32,000 bases of DNA from Pyrodictium abyssi (GCF_036323395.1 NZ_AP028907.1:690001-722000); one strand, 5' to 3'; shown: positions 17,716 through 27,204, counted from the first letter of the stretch. Program-made: numbers and translations. The notes: generated from the sequence alone by a model not told the origin.

Positions 17716-18811
17716 GGCGCCACGCCTCGGCTAGAAGGTCTAGCGCCTCCTCGATCCCCATTGACACCAATACGGGCTTTCCTATCTCCTTCAGCATCGG
17801 CATAACTATCCTGTTGCCACGTCTCTTCTTGTCTAGCTTTATCGCCTCCAATGTCTCCATGGGGTCTAGCCCTGACGGCGGCGCTGTCGGCAAGCCTATT
17901 GAGGAGAGCAGCGAGCGTATCTCCTCTATGTCCTCCCTAGGCGCGCCAAGCTTCATTGTGGCTGCTATCCCCTCGACTACTAGGCCTATTGCTACCGCGT
18001 AGCCGTGTCTCATTGTGTATCCCGTCGCCTTTTCTAGTGCATGAGCTACCGTGTGACCGAGGTTGAGTATCATCCTGTCGCCACGCTTCTCGCGGTAATC
18101 CCTAGAGACTATGCTCATCTTCACGTCTAGGCTGTACTTCACAGCCCTCGTTAGCGTCTCGGGGTTCCGCTTAACGAGCCCCTCCGCGTTGCCGCGGAGC
18201 CAGTCTAGGAGGTCGCGCCCGTGTATAGCCGCGTGCTTGACTATCTCAGCGAGGCCAGAGACGTACTCTTCGTGTGGAAGCGTTCCCAGGTGGTCTATGT
18301 CTGCCACGACTATCCTGGGGTGGTGGAAGACTCCTACAATGTTCTTCGCGCCGAGGTTTACCGCTGTCTTGCCCCCAACAGCCGCGTCCGCCATAGCTAG
18401 GAGCGTTGTCGGGACTGTGGCCCAGTCTATCCCCCTCATGTAGGTGGCTGCCACGAAGCCAGCTGTGTCTGAGACCGCGCCACCGCCGTAGGCTACTAGG
18501 AGTGCGTCACGGGGCACGTTCTCCTTAGCCATCCAGCTCCACAGCTGGACTACTGTGTCGAGTGTCTTGGTCTTCTCGCCGCCCGGGAGCTCGGTGAAGT
18601 AGACCGGGATGCCTGCATCGCGGATACCTGCTAGTATGTCGCCGAGCATAGCGCGGGGCGCGCCCGCGTCAGCGACGACTACTATCGTGGAGTAGGGGCC
18701 GTACTCGAGCGCTAGCCTGCCTATGAGGCGGCGGGCGCCCGGGCCAACGATTATGGCTACGTCGTGGCTGTCCTGGATTATCCAGCAGCCACGGTCCGCT
18801 TCCTGACTCAT
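17693..18811 (-). CDS. aroB: 3-dehydroquinate synthase
   Basis: PGGEKTKTLDT, AYGGGAVSDTAGFVAATYMRGI, VPTTLLAMADAAVGGKTAVNLGAKNIVG and NLGHTVAHALE. Confidence 0.95.
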   Translation of the reverse strand: MSQEADRGCWIIQDSHDVAIIVGPGARRLIGRLALEYGPYSTIVVVADAGAPRAMLGDILAGIRDAGIPVYFTELPGGEKTKTLDTVVQLWSWMAKENVPRDALLVAYGGGAVSDTAGFVAATYMRGIDWATVPTTLLAMADAAVGGKTAVNLGAKNIVGVFHHPRIVVADIDHLGTLPHEEYVSGLAEIVKHAAIHGRDLLDWLRGNAEGLVKRNPETLTRAVKYSLDVKMSIVSRDYREKRGDRMILNLGHTVAHALEKATGYTMRHGYAVAIGLVVEGIAATMKLGAPREDIEEIRSLLSSIGLPTAPPSGLDPMETLEAIKLDKKRRGNRIVMPMLKEIGKPVLVSMGIEEALDLLAEAWRLAASSGQ

Positions 18812-19626
18812 ATTAGCCCAGCTCCCCGTAGCTGGTCTACAAGTTCCTCGAACATCTTAAACGGTAGCTGCTGCTTAGAGTCGCTGAGCGCCTTGTCGGG
18901 GTTAGGGTGGACCTCCATCATTACCCCGTGAGCGCCTGCTGCTAGGGCTGCGCGGGCTAGCCATGGCACTAGGCTGCGGCGGCCCGCTGGGTGGCTCACG
19001 TCCACTATTATCGGCAGCCTTGACACCTCCCTGACCACCGGCACCACTGTTATGTCTAGGCTGAAGCGGGCGTACTCGTTGAAGCCCCTGGTCCCCCTCT
19101 CCACCAGGGCGACCTCCTCCAGCCCGCCAGCTAGTAGGTACTCGGCGCTGCAGAGCCACTCGTTTATCGTTGCTCCGAAGTGTCTCTTGAGGAGCACTGG
19201 TTTGCCCGCCCGGGCTAGCTCGCGGAGGAGCGGGGTGTTCTGCATGTTGCGCGCGCCGACCCACATTATGTCTACGTACTCTGCCGCCGTCTTCACGTCG
19301 CGTGGGTCCATGACCTCGGTGGCTACCGGTAGTCCCGTCCGGTCGCCGGCTTCCCGTAGCCATTCAAGGGCCTTGGCTCCGTGGCCCTGGAAGCTGTAGG
19401 GGCTAGTGCGCGGCTTCCATGCGCCGCCCCGTATCACCACGTTGCGGAAGCCGTACTTGTCAACGAGTATCCTCTTTATCGCCTCGGCTGTCTCCACTAT
19501 CATGTCTCTGTCTTCTATGCTGCAGGGGCCCGCTATTATCACGGGTGTTTCGCCGCCTATCTCGACCCCGCGTACGCGGAAGCGTATGGGCTCGCCGCTC
19601 TCGCGGAGGACACGCCTACAGTCCAT
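18808..19626 (-). CDS. aroF: 3-deoxy-7-phosphoheptulonate (DAHP) synthase, AroA-Ibeta type
   Basis: VIIAGPCSIED, VIRGGAWKPRTSPYSFQG, ATEVMD, VLLKRHFGATINEWLCSAEYL and VDVSHPAGRR. Confidence 0.93.
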   Translation of the reverse strand: MDCRRVLRESGEPIRFRVRGVEIGGETPVIIAGPCSIEDRDMIVETAEAIKRILVDKYGFRNVVIRGGAWKPRTSPYSFQGHGAKALEWLREAGDRTGLPVATEVMDPRDVKTAAEYVDIMWVGARNMQNTPLLRELARAGKPVLLKRHFGATINEWLCSAEYLLAGGLEEVALVERGTRGFNEYARFSLDITVVPVVREVSRLPIIVDVSHPAGRRSLVPWLARAALAAGAHGVMMEVHPNPDKALSDSKQQLPFKMFEELVDQLRGAGLI

Positions 19627-19707
19627 CGCGCGTGCACCCCGTGAGCTTTTTGTGCGCGCCTGGCGCCCTTAGCGCCGCGCCCTGGAGGCCTCTGGGCCGC
19701 GAAAGGG

Positions 19708-19734
19708 CTTTATACTGTTCCCACTCTGGTGGGA
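19708..19734 (+). promoter_or_regulatory. Candidate promoter (BRE/TATA gaaagggctttatact) followed by inverted repeat TCCCAC-tctg-GTGGGA
   Basis: TATA-like element near 19709-19716. The perfect 6-bp inverted repeat at 19719-19734 sits where the region between TATA and transcription start would fall. Confidence 0.4.
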
Positions 19735-19830
19735 CTCTTAGCCTGGGACAAAGAGGTTTAAAGCCGAAGGAGGGGGCAGCTTATTGTATCGGAGCTAGGC
19801 GGGATACTCGGAGCAGGTGATGTCCTTGGA

Positions 19831-20619
19831 ATTTCGCTGAGCGAGAAGCTCCATGAGATATCTCTCCGCGCCCGTCAGCGCATTATACGCATGGGCGTGG
19901 TGGAGAAAAGCGTACACGTAGGCGCGTCGCTCAGCGTGCTCGACATCCTAGTGACGCTGTACTTCGGCAGAGGCTTGAGGAAGACTGGCAGCAGGCCGAC
20001 GGAGCGCGACTGGCTGATACTGAGCAAGGGCCACGCTGTTCCCGCGCTCTACGCTGTTCTAGCCGAGATGGGGCTCATATCAGAGGAGAAACTGGACTCG
20101 ATAAGGGCTATCGACGGGCTTGAGGGGCATCCAGACTTCACGACCGAGGGCGTAGACGTGTCTACCGGCAGCCTCGGCCAGGGCCTGAGCATCGCAGCCG
20201 GTATAGCATACGCTATGAGGCTCGATGGCACCGAGGACCGGCACAAGGTCTACGTGATACTGGGTGACGGCGAGCTAGACGAGGGCCAGGTATGGGAGGC
20301 CGCTGCTACTGTGACGCACCTGGGCCTCCGCAGCGTAGTAGCAATAGTGGACGTTAACGGGTTCCAGCTCGACGGTCCGGTGGAGGCTATCAAGACTAAG
20401 GGCGATCTCGTTCTCCGCTGGCGTAGCCTCGGCTGGAGCGTGATAGAGGTAGACGGCCACGACTACGAGATGCTCCTCTCCGCGCTGGGGGCTGCTGACC
20501 AGGAGAAGAGGCCGACGGTTATACTCGCCTACACGCGTAGGGGCAAGGGTCTAGGCTTCCTAGAAGCGAGTGGGGGCCAGCACATTGACCGTAAGCATGC
20601 AGAGCGGTTTGCCGAGTGA
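19831..20619 (+). CDS. tktA: Transketolase, N-terminal (TPP-binding) subunit
   Basis: ORF track starts at ATG 19891, but ISLSEKLHEISLRARQRIIR upstream looks homologous to transketolase N-termini. STGSLGQGLSIAAGIAYA and GDGELDEGQVWEAA...VDVNGFQLDG are present. The exact start codon is uncertain. Confidence 0.88.
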   Translation: MSLSEKLHEISLRARQRIIRMGVVEKSVHVGASLSVLDILVTLYFGRGLRKTGSRPTERDWLILSKGHAVPALYAVLAEMGLISEEKLDSIRAIDGLEGHPDFTTEGVDVSTGSLGQGLSIAAGIAYAMRLDGTEDRHKVYVILGDGELDEGQVWEAAATVTHLGLRSVVAIVDVNGFQLDGPVEAIKTKGDLVLRWRSLGWSVIEVDGHDYEMLLSALGAADQEKRPTVILAYTRRGKGLGFLEASGGQHIDRKHAERFAE

Positions 20620-21559
20620 GCTCCGGGGTGTAACCCGGATACGCGACGCTGTAGGCAAGGCGCTGCTGTTCCTCGGCGACGCCGACCCGGACGTGGTAGT
20701 GCTGACCGCGGACGTTGCTAGGAGTACTAGGACCTCGTGGTTCGCCGAGAAGTTCCCCGAGAGGTTCGTCAACATAGGGATATCGGAGCAGGACATGGTG
20801 GGGTTTGCCGCCGGGCTCGCGCTAGCCGGGAAGAAGCCCTACGCAGCGGCCTTCGCCATGTTCATGATGAGGGCCTGGGAGCAGATACGGAACAGCATTG
20901 ACAGAATGAACCTCGACGTGAAGCTGCTGGCCACCCATAGCGGGTTCAGCGACCACGGCGACGGCGCTAGCCACCAGAGCCTCGAGGACATAGCACTGAT
21001 GCGCGTACTCCACAACATGGCTGTAGTGGTCCCGGCCGACCCGCCGCAGGCCTACAAGGCCCTGCTGAGGGTACACGAGGAGGTAAGGGGCCCAGTATAC
21101 TTCAGGATAGGCCGCGACTACTCGCCCCAAGTGACCGACCCCGGCGCCGAGTACCGGTTCGGCGAGCTAGAGCTGCTTAGGGACGGCAGCGACGTCGCGC
21201 TCGTCTCAGCCGGGCCCATACTGTCGCAGGTGGTGGAGGCTGCTGAGCTGCTCCGCCGCGAGGGCGTAGACGCCGCTGTAGCCAACATGCACACAGTGAA
21301 GCCGCTGGATGAGCATGGCCTCGAGAAGCTCGCTAGGCGCACCGGGCTAGTGATCGTGGTCGAGGAGCACTTCCCCCGGGGCGGTTTATTCGGCGCCGTG
21401 GCCGAGGCGCTCGCCCAGCGTTACCCCGTACCCATCCACCCGGTAGCTGCCAAGGGCTATGGGCATAGCGCGCGTAGCGTGCTCGACCTCTACCGGGAGC
21501 ACGGGCTCCTAGCCCAGTCGATAGCCTCCCGTGTCCTCGAGATACTGGCCAGGGGGTGA
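20609..21559 (+). CDS. tktB: Transketolase, C-terminal subunit
   Basis: ORF track gives 20570..21559; TTG at 20609 is a plausible start. VVLTADVARSTRT, RFVNIGISEQDMVGFAAGLA, THSGFSDHGDGASHQSLEDIALMR and VVVEEHFPRGGLFGAVAE. Confidence 0.9.
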   Translation: MPSELRGVTRIRDAVGKALLFLGDADPDVVVLTADVARSTRTSWFAEKFPERFVNIGISEQDMVGFAAGLALAGKKPYAAAFAMFMMRAWEQIRNSIDRMNLDVKLLATHSGFSDHGDGASHQSLEDIALMRVLHNMAVVVPADPPQAYKALLRVHEEVRGPVYFRIGRDYSPQVTDPGAEYRFGELELLRDGSDVALVSAGPILSQVVEAAELLRREGVDAAVANMHTVKPLDEHGLEKLARRTGLVIVVEEHFPRGGLFGAVAEALAQRYPVPIHPVAAKGYGHSARSVLDLYREHGLLAQSIASRVLEILARG

Positions 21560-22620
21560 CCAGGGGAGCCTTGACCGGCGGGGATGCAGCCGAGGCGTTA
21601 CGCTCGAGCCTACTCCGGATAGACCGCTCCCTAGTCAGCCTGATAGCAGCACGGCTCAACATAGCCGACGTCCTCGGCGGGGTGAAGCGGAGCGAGGGTA
21701 TGCCGGTCTACGATAGGGCGCGCGAATTGACCGTCGCCAGCCTGCTCGCCGATGAGGCTCGGAGCCTAGGCGTGCCAGACAGCCTCATCAAGGAGATATA
21801 CTTCATGCTGGCCAGGGAGTCGAGGTGCCGCCAGCTCTACTGCCCTGAGGCGCTAAGGGTAGCCTTCTACGGCTACGGCCGTATGGCCCGGATGCTGGCA
21901 GGCATGATGTCCCATGGCGGCTGCTGGGTGGCCATAACCGGGAGGAACCCTGAGAAGGCCCAGGAGGCTGCACGAGCCGTAGGAGCCCGGTACATGGAGC
22001 CCAGGAGGGCCATCGACTGGGCCGACATGCTGGTCTACGCTGTGCCGAGCACCGCCGTGCCAGAGCTGCTTAGGGAGCACCTGCCAATGCTCCGTGAGAG
22101 CATGTTAGTAGCCGACATAGCCTCGGTGAAGACCCCCCTCGTCGAGAAGATAGCGCTACTCCTCGGAGAGGGCTCGCCGGAGTATGTGAGCCTCCACCCG
22201 CTCTTCGGCCCCCTAAGCTGCCCAGCCGGCGAGAACGTGGCCGTAGTGCCGGTCAGGCTCGAGGGGTGGCGCCCGAGGCTAGAGAAGCTCTTCACGGGCC
22301 TTGGGCTCAACCCGGTATACGTGACCGCTGAGGAGCACGACCGCGTAATGGCTGTCAACCAGGTACTACACCACCTAGTATACGACCTCTACCGGGAGGC
22401 TGCTAGGATACTCCACGAGAAGCTGGAGATAGACCCGGGGCGCTCGAAGGAGCTCGTAACCTGGAGCCTCAAGAAGACAGAGAACATAGCCGCCCGGCTC
22501 GAGCAGCTCCACAGCGTGGTCGAGGAGATACGCCGGGAGAACCCCTACACGGAGGAAGTATTCAAGGCCCTCAGCCAGGCCCTTCAGCGACTCGCTGAGG
22601 CCCAGGCGGGCGACTCCTAA
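21556..22620 (+). CDS. tyrA: Bifunctional chorismate mutase / prephenate dehydrogenase
   Basis: N-terminal chorismate mutase-like LLRIDRSLVSLIAARLNIADVLGGVKRSEGMPVYDRARE. C-terminal Rossmann/prephenate dehydrogenase region VAFYGYGRMARMLA, VADIASVKTPLVEKI, HPLFGPL and VMAVNQVLHHLVYDLY. Confidence 0.88.
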   Translation: MTRGALTGGDAAEALRSSLLRIDRSLVSLIAARLNIADVLGGVKRSEGMPVYDRARELTVASLLADEARSLGVPDSLIKEIYFMLARESRCRQLYCPEALRVAFYGYGRMARMLAGMMSHGGCWVAITGRNPEKAQEAARAVGARYMEPRRAIDWADMLVYAVPSTAVPELLREHLPMLRESMLVADIASVKTPLVEKIALLLGEGSPEYVSLHPLFGPLSCPAGENVAVVPVRLEGWRPRLEKLFTGLGLNPVYVTAEEHDRVMAVNQVLHHLVYDLYREAARILHEKLEIDPGRSKELVTWSLKKTENIAARLEQLHSVVEEIRRENPYTEEVFKALSQALQRLAEAQAGDS

Positions 22621-22678
22621 TTAGGCCCCCGGCCGCGTTTTTGGGGTAGACGGAGATACGCTGTACCGCCTGGTTCAC

Positions 22679-22903
22679 ATGCGCCTACGCTCCTTCCGTT
22701 CTCCTTCTTTAACTCGTTCACGGGAATGCCATGGCTGGCCAATAGGGATACTCATAGCATTCTATGTCTACAGCGACGCTTCCCGTAGATACCCACGGGG
22801 CAGCCTAGCTCCGCTCGTCTGGACCATAGCTGTCGTGTTCGGCGGGCTACTGGTGCTGGTACTCTACCTCCTCGTAAGACCACAGGAGCGGAGAGAAGAC
22901 TAG
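22679..22903 (+). CDS. Small membrane protein, possibly PLD-nuclease N-terminal-like
   Basis: GWPIGILIAFYVYSDASRRYPRGSLAPLVWTIAVVFGGLLVLVLYLLVRPQERRED has two hydrophobic helices. The start codon is unclear. Confidence 0.5.
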   Translation: MRLRSFRSPSLTRSRECHGWPIGILIAFYVYSDASRRYPRGSLAPLVWTIAVVFGGLLVLVLYLLVRPQERRED

Positions 22904-24045
22904 CCAGCCGGGCCTCCAAGGCCCCTCTCCAGGCGATGGTAGTGCTCAAGCCTCCACGGGAGCCAGCGTAGCAAGTGGTCTGCCACAACGAGGGCTGCCG
23001 CAGCCTCGACGACGGGTACTGCTCTGACAGCTATTGCTGGGTCGTGGCGGCCTCTGCCGGTTATCTCGGCTTCTTCTAGTCCCCGCCAGTCTATCGTCTT
23101 CTTTGGCAGCCTTATCGTCGAGGTCGGCTTGAAGGCTACACGGGCTACTATGGGCGCCCCGGCTGCTATCCCGCCGAGTATTCCGCCGCCGTGGCCCGGG
23201 ACCGGTGTGGGCGCCGCATCTGGGCCTAGTACCAGGTCGTCTGTGGCCTCTGAGCCCCTCATACGTGCCACGGCCATACCGGTGCCGAATTCTACGCCCT
23301 TCACGCCGGGTATCGCGAAGAACGCTTTTGCTAGGTCGCCGTCCAGGGTGTCGAAGGGCGGCTCGCCGAGGCCGGGCGGGGCGCCTAGTATCCAGAGCTC
23401 TACTAGGCCTCCGAGGCTGTCGCCCTTCTTCATAGCCTCTATTAGTGCTTGCTCCATCTCCCGGGAGGCGGCCTCGTCGTGGCAGAATACTGGGCTCTTG
23501 TTTCTCTCCTCGCGCAGCCTCTGGAGCTGCTCGCCGCCGGCGAGGCCCCGGGGCTCCGGGCACTCGGCTGGGCCGAGCGCCCTGAGGTACGCATAGAACT
23601 GTATGCCGTGCATACCGGCTATCTTCTTAGCCACCGTGCCCGCGGCTACTAGTGCTGCTGTGAGCCGGCCGGAGAAGGGGCCGCCGCCGCGGTAGTCGTT
23701 GAACCCCATGCTCCGGAGCCTTGCCGTGAGGTCGGCGTGGCCGGGGCGCGGCCTATAGCGGACCACCTGCTCGTAGAAGCTGCTGTCCACGTCGCGGTTG
23801 CGTATTAGCATGGCTAGGGGCGCGCCCGTGGTGTAGCCCATGTGGACGCCGGAGAGTATCTCTACGCGGTCCTCCTCGCGGCGTGGCGTGGTGAGCCGGC
23901 GGCCCGGCCGCCGTAGCTCAAGCTCCCTGTCTATCTCCTCCGGCGAGACCGGTACACCGGGCGGCACGCCCTCTAGCACAGCGCCTATGCAGCAGCCGTG
24001 GCTCTCCCCGAATATGGTGAGCCGCAGCACAGTGCCCAGCGGCAT
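22900..24045 (-). CDS. aroC: Chorismate synthase
   Basis: LTIFGESHGCCIGAVLEGVPPG, RRPG, DVDSSFY, RPRPGHADL, DYRGGGPFSGRLTAALVAAG and KPTSTI. Confidence 0.96.
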   Translation of the reverse strand: MPLGTVLRLTIFGESHGCCIGAVLEGVPPGVPVSPEEIDRELELRRPGRRLTTPRREEDRVEILSGVHMGYTTGAPLAMLIRNRDVDSSFYEQVVRYRPRPGHADLTARLRSMGFNDYRGGGPFSGRLTAALVAAGTVAKKIAGMHGIQFYAYLRALGPAECPEPRGLAGGEQLQRLREERNKSPVFCHDEAASREMEQALIEAMKKGDSLGGLVELWILGAPPGLGEPPFDTLDGDLAKAFFAIPGVKGVEFGTGMAVARMRGSEATDDLVLGPDAAPTPVPGHGGGILGGIAAGAPIVARVAFKPTSTIRLPKKTIDWRGLEEAEITGRGRHDPAIAVRAVPVVEAAAALVVADHLLRWLPWRLEHYHRLERGLGGPAG

Positions 24046-24060
24046 CCCGGGGCTACACCT

Positions 24061-25386
24061 CTACCGGGCTGTGTTGCTTCCGGCCTCCCTTATCTCGGCG
24101 CCCAGGGCTCTAAGCGCCTCCCAGAACCCGGGGTAGGACTTGGCCACCACGTCGGCTGGCTCTACTACGACGGGCTTCTCGGAGACGAGGCCCAGCAGAG
24201 CAGCAGCCATCGCTATCCTGTGGTCGCCGTGGCTACTGTAGGCTACGCCGCCGGGGAGCCTGCCACAGCGCCCGACAACCTCTATGCAGAGCCCCTCGCC
24301 GGGCGCCTCCAGCAGCCTCGCGTCTACGCGGGAGCGGCGAAGCAGGTCCATAACCGCCTCGGCACGGTCGCTCTCCTTGAGCCGTAGCCTCTCCACGCAG
24401 CATATCCGGGAGCGGCCGCAGGCAGCCGCCGCGAGAGCCGCGAGGGTCGGCGCCAGGTCCGGGGAGTCGCGGATACAGACGCTGAAGCCCTGAAGCCCCC
24501 CGCTGGGCGCCTCGGCTGCGACGCTCTGGCCGCTGACCCGGATCCGGGCCCCCATCTCCCGGAGCACGTCGAGCACCGCGCGGTCCGGCTGCGGGTCGCC
24601 GGGGTCAACGCCCCGGACCACGGCCCGGCCGGCCAGCGCCCCCGCCGCGAGAAGCGGGGCAGCGCTGCTCCAGTCTCCCGGGACCCTGTACCTAGAGGGC
24701 CGGAGCGGCCCCTCGACCCGGAACCAGCTGTAGCCGTCCCTCTCCACACTGGCCCCGAACGCCTCGAGGACCCGGACCGTGATGTCCACGTAGGGCCGGG
24801 ACTCGAGCCCCTCAACGGCCACCTCTAGGCCTTGGGGGAGCCCCGCGCCCAGGACTAGGAGGGCCGAAAGGTACTGGCTGCTCTCCCTCGCGTCTACGCG
24901 CGTAGAGCCGCTGCGTGCCGGCCCCTTCACCGCGTGCGGCGGGCAACAGCCACCGGAGAGCAAGTACTCGACGCCCAGCCTGGCTAGGGCCTCGAGGAGG
25001 GGCCTCACCGGCCTCTTGTGGAGCCTGCCCCTCCCGTACACGAGGACCGGCTTATCGAGGAGCGCCGCCACGCCCGTCACAAGCCTCATCGTAGTCCCCG
25101 ACTCGGCCGCGTCTATGCAAGGGGTCCACTCCAGCGCTCCTGCTCCCGGCGAAGCCAGCTCCAGGGCCCCGTCCCCCTCTACGCTGGCGCCTAGCTGCTT
25201 GACGGCTGCGAGCGTGGCCCGAGTGTCGTTGCTCCAGAGCGGGTTCTCTACCACAGACCTTCCCGCCGCTAGGAGCCCGGCGAGGAGCGCCCGGTGGGTG
25301 TAGCTCTTCGAGGGCGGCGCCTCCACGCTGCCATCGAGCCGGGAGGGCGCCACCTCGACCCTCCTGGGCAGCCACGCCTCCTGCAT
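24061..25386 (-). CDS. aroA: 3-phosphoshikimate 1-carboxyvinyltransferase (EPSP synthase)
   Basis: PPSKSYTHRALLAGLLAAGRS, DAAESGTTMRLVTGVAAL, SSQYLSALLVLGAG, RIKESDRAEAV-like RLKESDRAEAV, and YSSHGDHRIAMAAALLGL. Confidence 0.95.
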   Translation of the reverse strand: MQEAWLPRRVEVAPSRLDGSVEAPPSKSYTHRALLAGLLAAGRSVVENPLWSNDTRATLAAVKQLGASVEGDGALELASPGAGALEWTPCIDAAESGTTMRLVTGVAALLDKPVLVYGRGRLHKRPVRPLLEALARLGVEYLLSGGCCPPHAVKGPARSGSTRVDARESSQYLSALLVLGAGLPQGLEVAVEGLESRPYVDITVRVLEAFGASVERDGYSWFRVEGPLRPSRYRVPGDWSSAAPLLAAGALAGRAVVRGVDPGDPQPDRAVLDVLREMGARIRVSGQSVAAEAPSGGLQGFSVCIRDSPDLAPTLAALAAAACGRSRICCVERLRLKESDRAEAVMDLLRRSRVDARLLEAPGEGLCIEVVGRCGRLPGGVAYSSHGDHRIAMAAALLGLVSEKPVVVEPADVVAKSYPGFWEALRALGAEIREAGSNTAR

Positions 25387-25478
25387 TACCCTATCCAGCC
25401 CCCTACAGCGCTACCAGCCGCTCTAGAGGCCGCAGATATACCTATGCCCACCGGGCTCCCACAAGGGGTGCTCGACGC

Positions 25479-26357
25479 GTGGCGGCGCAGCAGCGTGAGA
25501 AGGGAAGAGCACACGGAGCCCTAGGGATAGTCAACGCTATCGGCAGCGGAGGCTACGGAGCCGCTGCAGCACTCGACCTCGGCGTAGAGGTGGAGGTGTG
25601 GAGGTGTAGCCGCCCAGCCGGCTACACGGTGACCCGGGGCCAGCGTGTCGACATAGACCCGGCAATACTCGACGCGGTCGCGGAGACCGCGGGCAGCTTC
25701 CTCGGGCGCAGCGTCGGCCCCGTATGCGCGAGAGGCTCCTCGGAGGTGCCCCTCGAAGCCGGGCTTAAGGGGAGTAGCGCGCTAGTCAACGCGCTGCTAG
25801 AGGCTGTGCTAGGCCTCCACGGCGTCTCCCTCGGCGTAGAGGAGCTGGCCCGGCTCGGCGTAGAGGCGGCGCGGCGCGCCGGGCTCACCGTCACCGGTGC
25901 TCTGGACGACCACTTGGCCGTGAGCGGGTGCGGCGCGTACGCCACAGACAACAAACGCCAAGCCATAGTGGCGCGCGAGCCCAGCCTAGGCGGCTACGCC
26001 GTGATAGCTGTGCCCGGGCGCCGAAGCATAAGGGGCATAGACCCCGGGGCCTTCCGGCGCTACGAAAGGCTCTACGCCGCCGCGTGGAGGCTTGTGCTCG
26101 CAGGCGACTGGCACGCAGCCGCCACCGTGAACGGCGTCGCCACAGCAATGGCCACGGACGATGAGCCGCGGAGGCTCCTAGTACTCCTGGCGGAGGACGG
26201 CGTAGAGGCTGTAGGGGTGTCCGGCAAGGGCCCCGCAGTCTACACCATCACGAGCAGCACGGACACAGTCCCCAGGATCAGGGCTGCGCTGGAGAAGGCA
26301 GTAGGAGCCCCCACCCTCGTCTCCAAGCTTCTCCCCTGCACCCAGGCCCCCCGCTAG
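25479..26357 (+). CDS. aroK: Archaeal GHMP-family shikimate kinase
   Basis: HGALGIVNAIGSGGYGAAAALDLGVEV, SSEVPLEAGLKGSSALVNALLEAV, GALDDHLAVSGCGAYATDN and GVSGKGPAVYTI. GTG start. Confidence 0.9.
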   Translation: MAAQQREKGRAHGALGIVNAIGSGGYGAAAALDLGVEVEVWRCSRPAGYTVTRGQRVDIDPAILDAVAETAGSFLGRSVGPVCARGSSEVPLEAGLKGSSALVNALLEAVLGLHGVSLGVEELARLGVEAARRAGLTVTGALDDHLAVSGCGAYATDNKRQAIVAREPSLGGYAVIAVPGRRSIRGIDPGAFRRYERLYAAAWRLVLAGDWHAAATVNGVATAMATDDEPRRLLVLLAEDGVEAVGVSGKGPAVYTITSSTDTVPRIRAALEKAVGAPTLVSKLLPCTQAPR

Positions 26358-26403
26358 AGATCAGATCCGTGAGACTTATCCGGCCATACAACCCTAGCAT
26401 GCA

Positions 26404-26838
26404 CTATTCAACAACATCCACGCCGACCCTCCGGGCTACCTCCTTCAGGTACTCATCCATAGTAGCCAGCTGGCTGCCGAACCGCTTAGCCGTAGCAAGT
26501 ATAAGCGCGTCATTAGGTAGGAGGCCATAATCCTTGACCGGCGAGGCCGCTTCCTTTAGTATCTCTGCGTCCTCCTCGAGGACGACACATGAGAATAACG
26601 CCCTCTCCACGTCATCGAGGTTGACAGACCTGACCAGTCCTGGATTCCGCTTTAACGCCTCCGGAGGCTTTCCACTCCTCTCCCGTATATGGATGTAAAG
26701 AGCCTCAGAGAACACGATAGCGTTTATGCAGGGCGTCGCTGCCAGCTCCATGATCCTCCTCACTAACCTAACAGCGTCAGGATTATTTTTGCCGTACTCG
26801 ATGAATACACTCGAATCAATAAAGACTCGCCTGCTCAT
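26404..26838 (-). CDS. vapC: VapC-type PIN-domain toxin
   Basis: VFIDSSVFIEYGKN and YGLLPNDALILATAKRFGSQLATMDEYLKEVA carry the PIN acidic residues. Confidence 0.85.
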   Translation of the reverse strand: MSRRVFIDSSVFIEYGKNNPDAVRLVRRIMELAATPCINAIVFSEALYIHIRERSGKPPEALKRNPGLVRSVNLDDVERALFSCVVLEEDAEILKEAASPVKDYGLLPNDALILATAKRFGSQLATMDEYLKEVARRVGVDVVE

Positions 26839-27054
26839 ACCATTCCTCCCGCTCCGCCTTCCCGGAGTACGTTCCCCGCAGCTTCTCTAGAGCACCCACC
26901 AACTCTAGCCATCGGGCACCCCGAACCACTAGTATCACTTCTCCATCCCTGATCTCGACCTTCAGTCTCTCCCCGGTCTCAGCTTTAGCTTTTTAGCCAC
27001 CTCCTCGTCGAGACGAATAGTCCTCTCATCCAGCACTATAGCCACACAAGCCAC
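26816..27054 (-). pseudogene. vapB: VapB-like antitoxin with an apparent single-base frameshift
   Basis: Not in the ORF track. Minus-strand reading gives LDERTIRLDEEVAKKLKLRPG, then after a 1-nt shift at the C4 run 26971-26974, ERLKVEIRDGEVILVVRGARWLELVGALEKLRGTYSGKAEREEWYEQASLY. It overlaps the vapC start. Confidence 0.7.
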
Positions 27055-27204
27055 CAATGTAGGGCAGCATAATGGAGAGGTTAAAAAGAGGCCACACTAC
27101 CGACAGACCCCTATCACGAAGCTAGCAATCCTCGTGAAGACTACAGCATAAGCGGCAAGAGAGGCAGGCATACGCTACAAAGTGAGGCTACATTATTGTG
27201 TAGA

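Noticed and set aside
23129-23596. + strand ORFs opposite aroC
   Set aside because: Antisense shadow ORFs in a GC-rich, strongly conserved gene.
27060-27204. Possible tRNA or C/D box RNA in the AT-richer intergenic
   Set aside because: No cloverleaf, T-arm GGTTCRA, or paired C (RTGATGA) and D (CTGA) boxes were found by eye.
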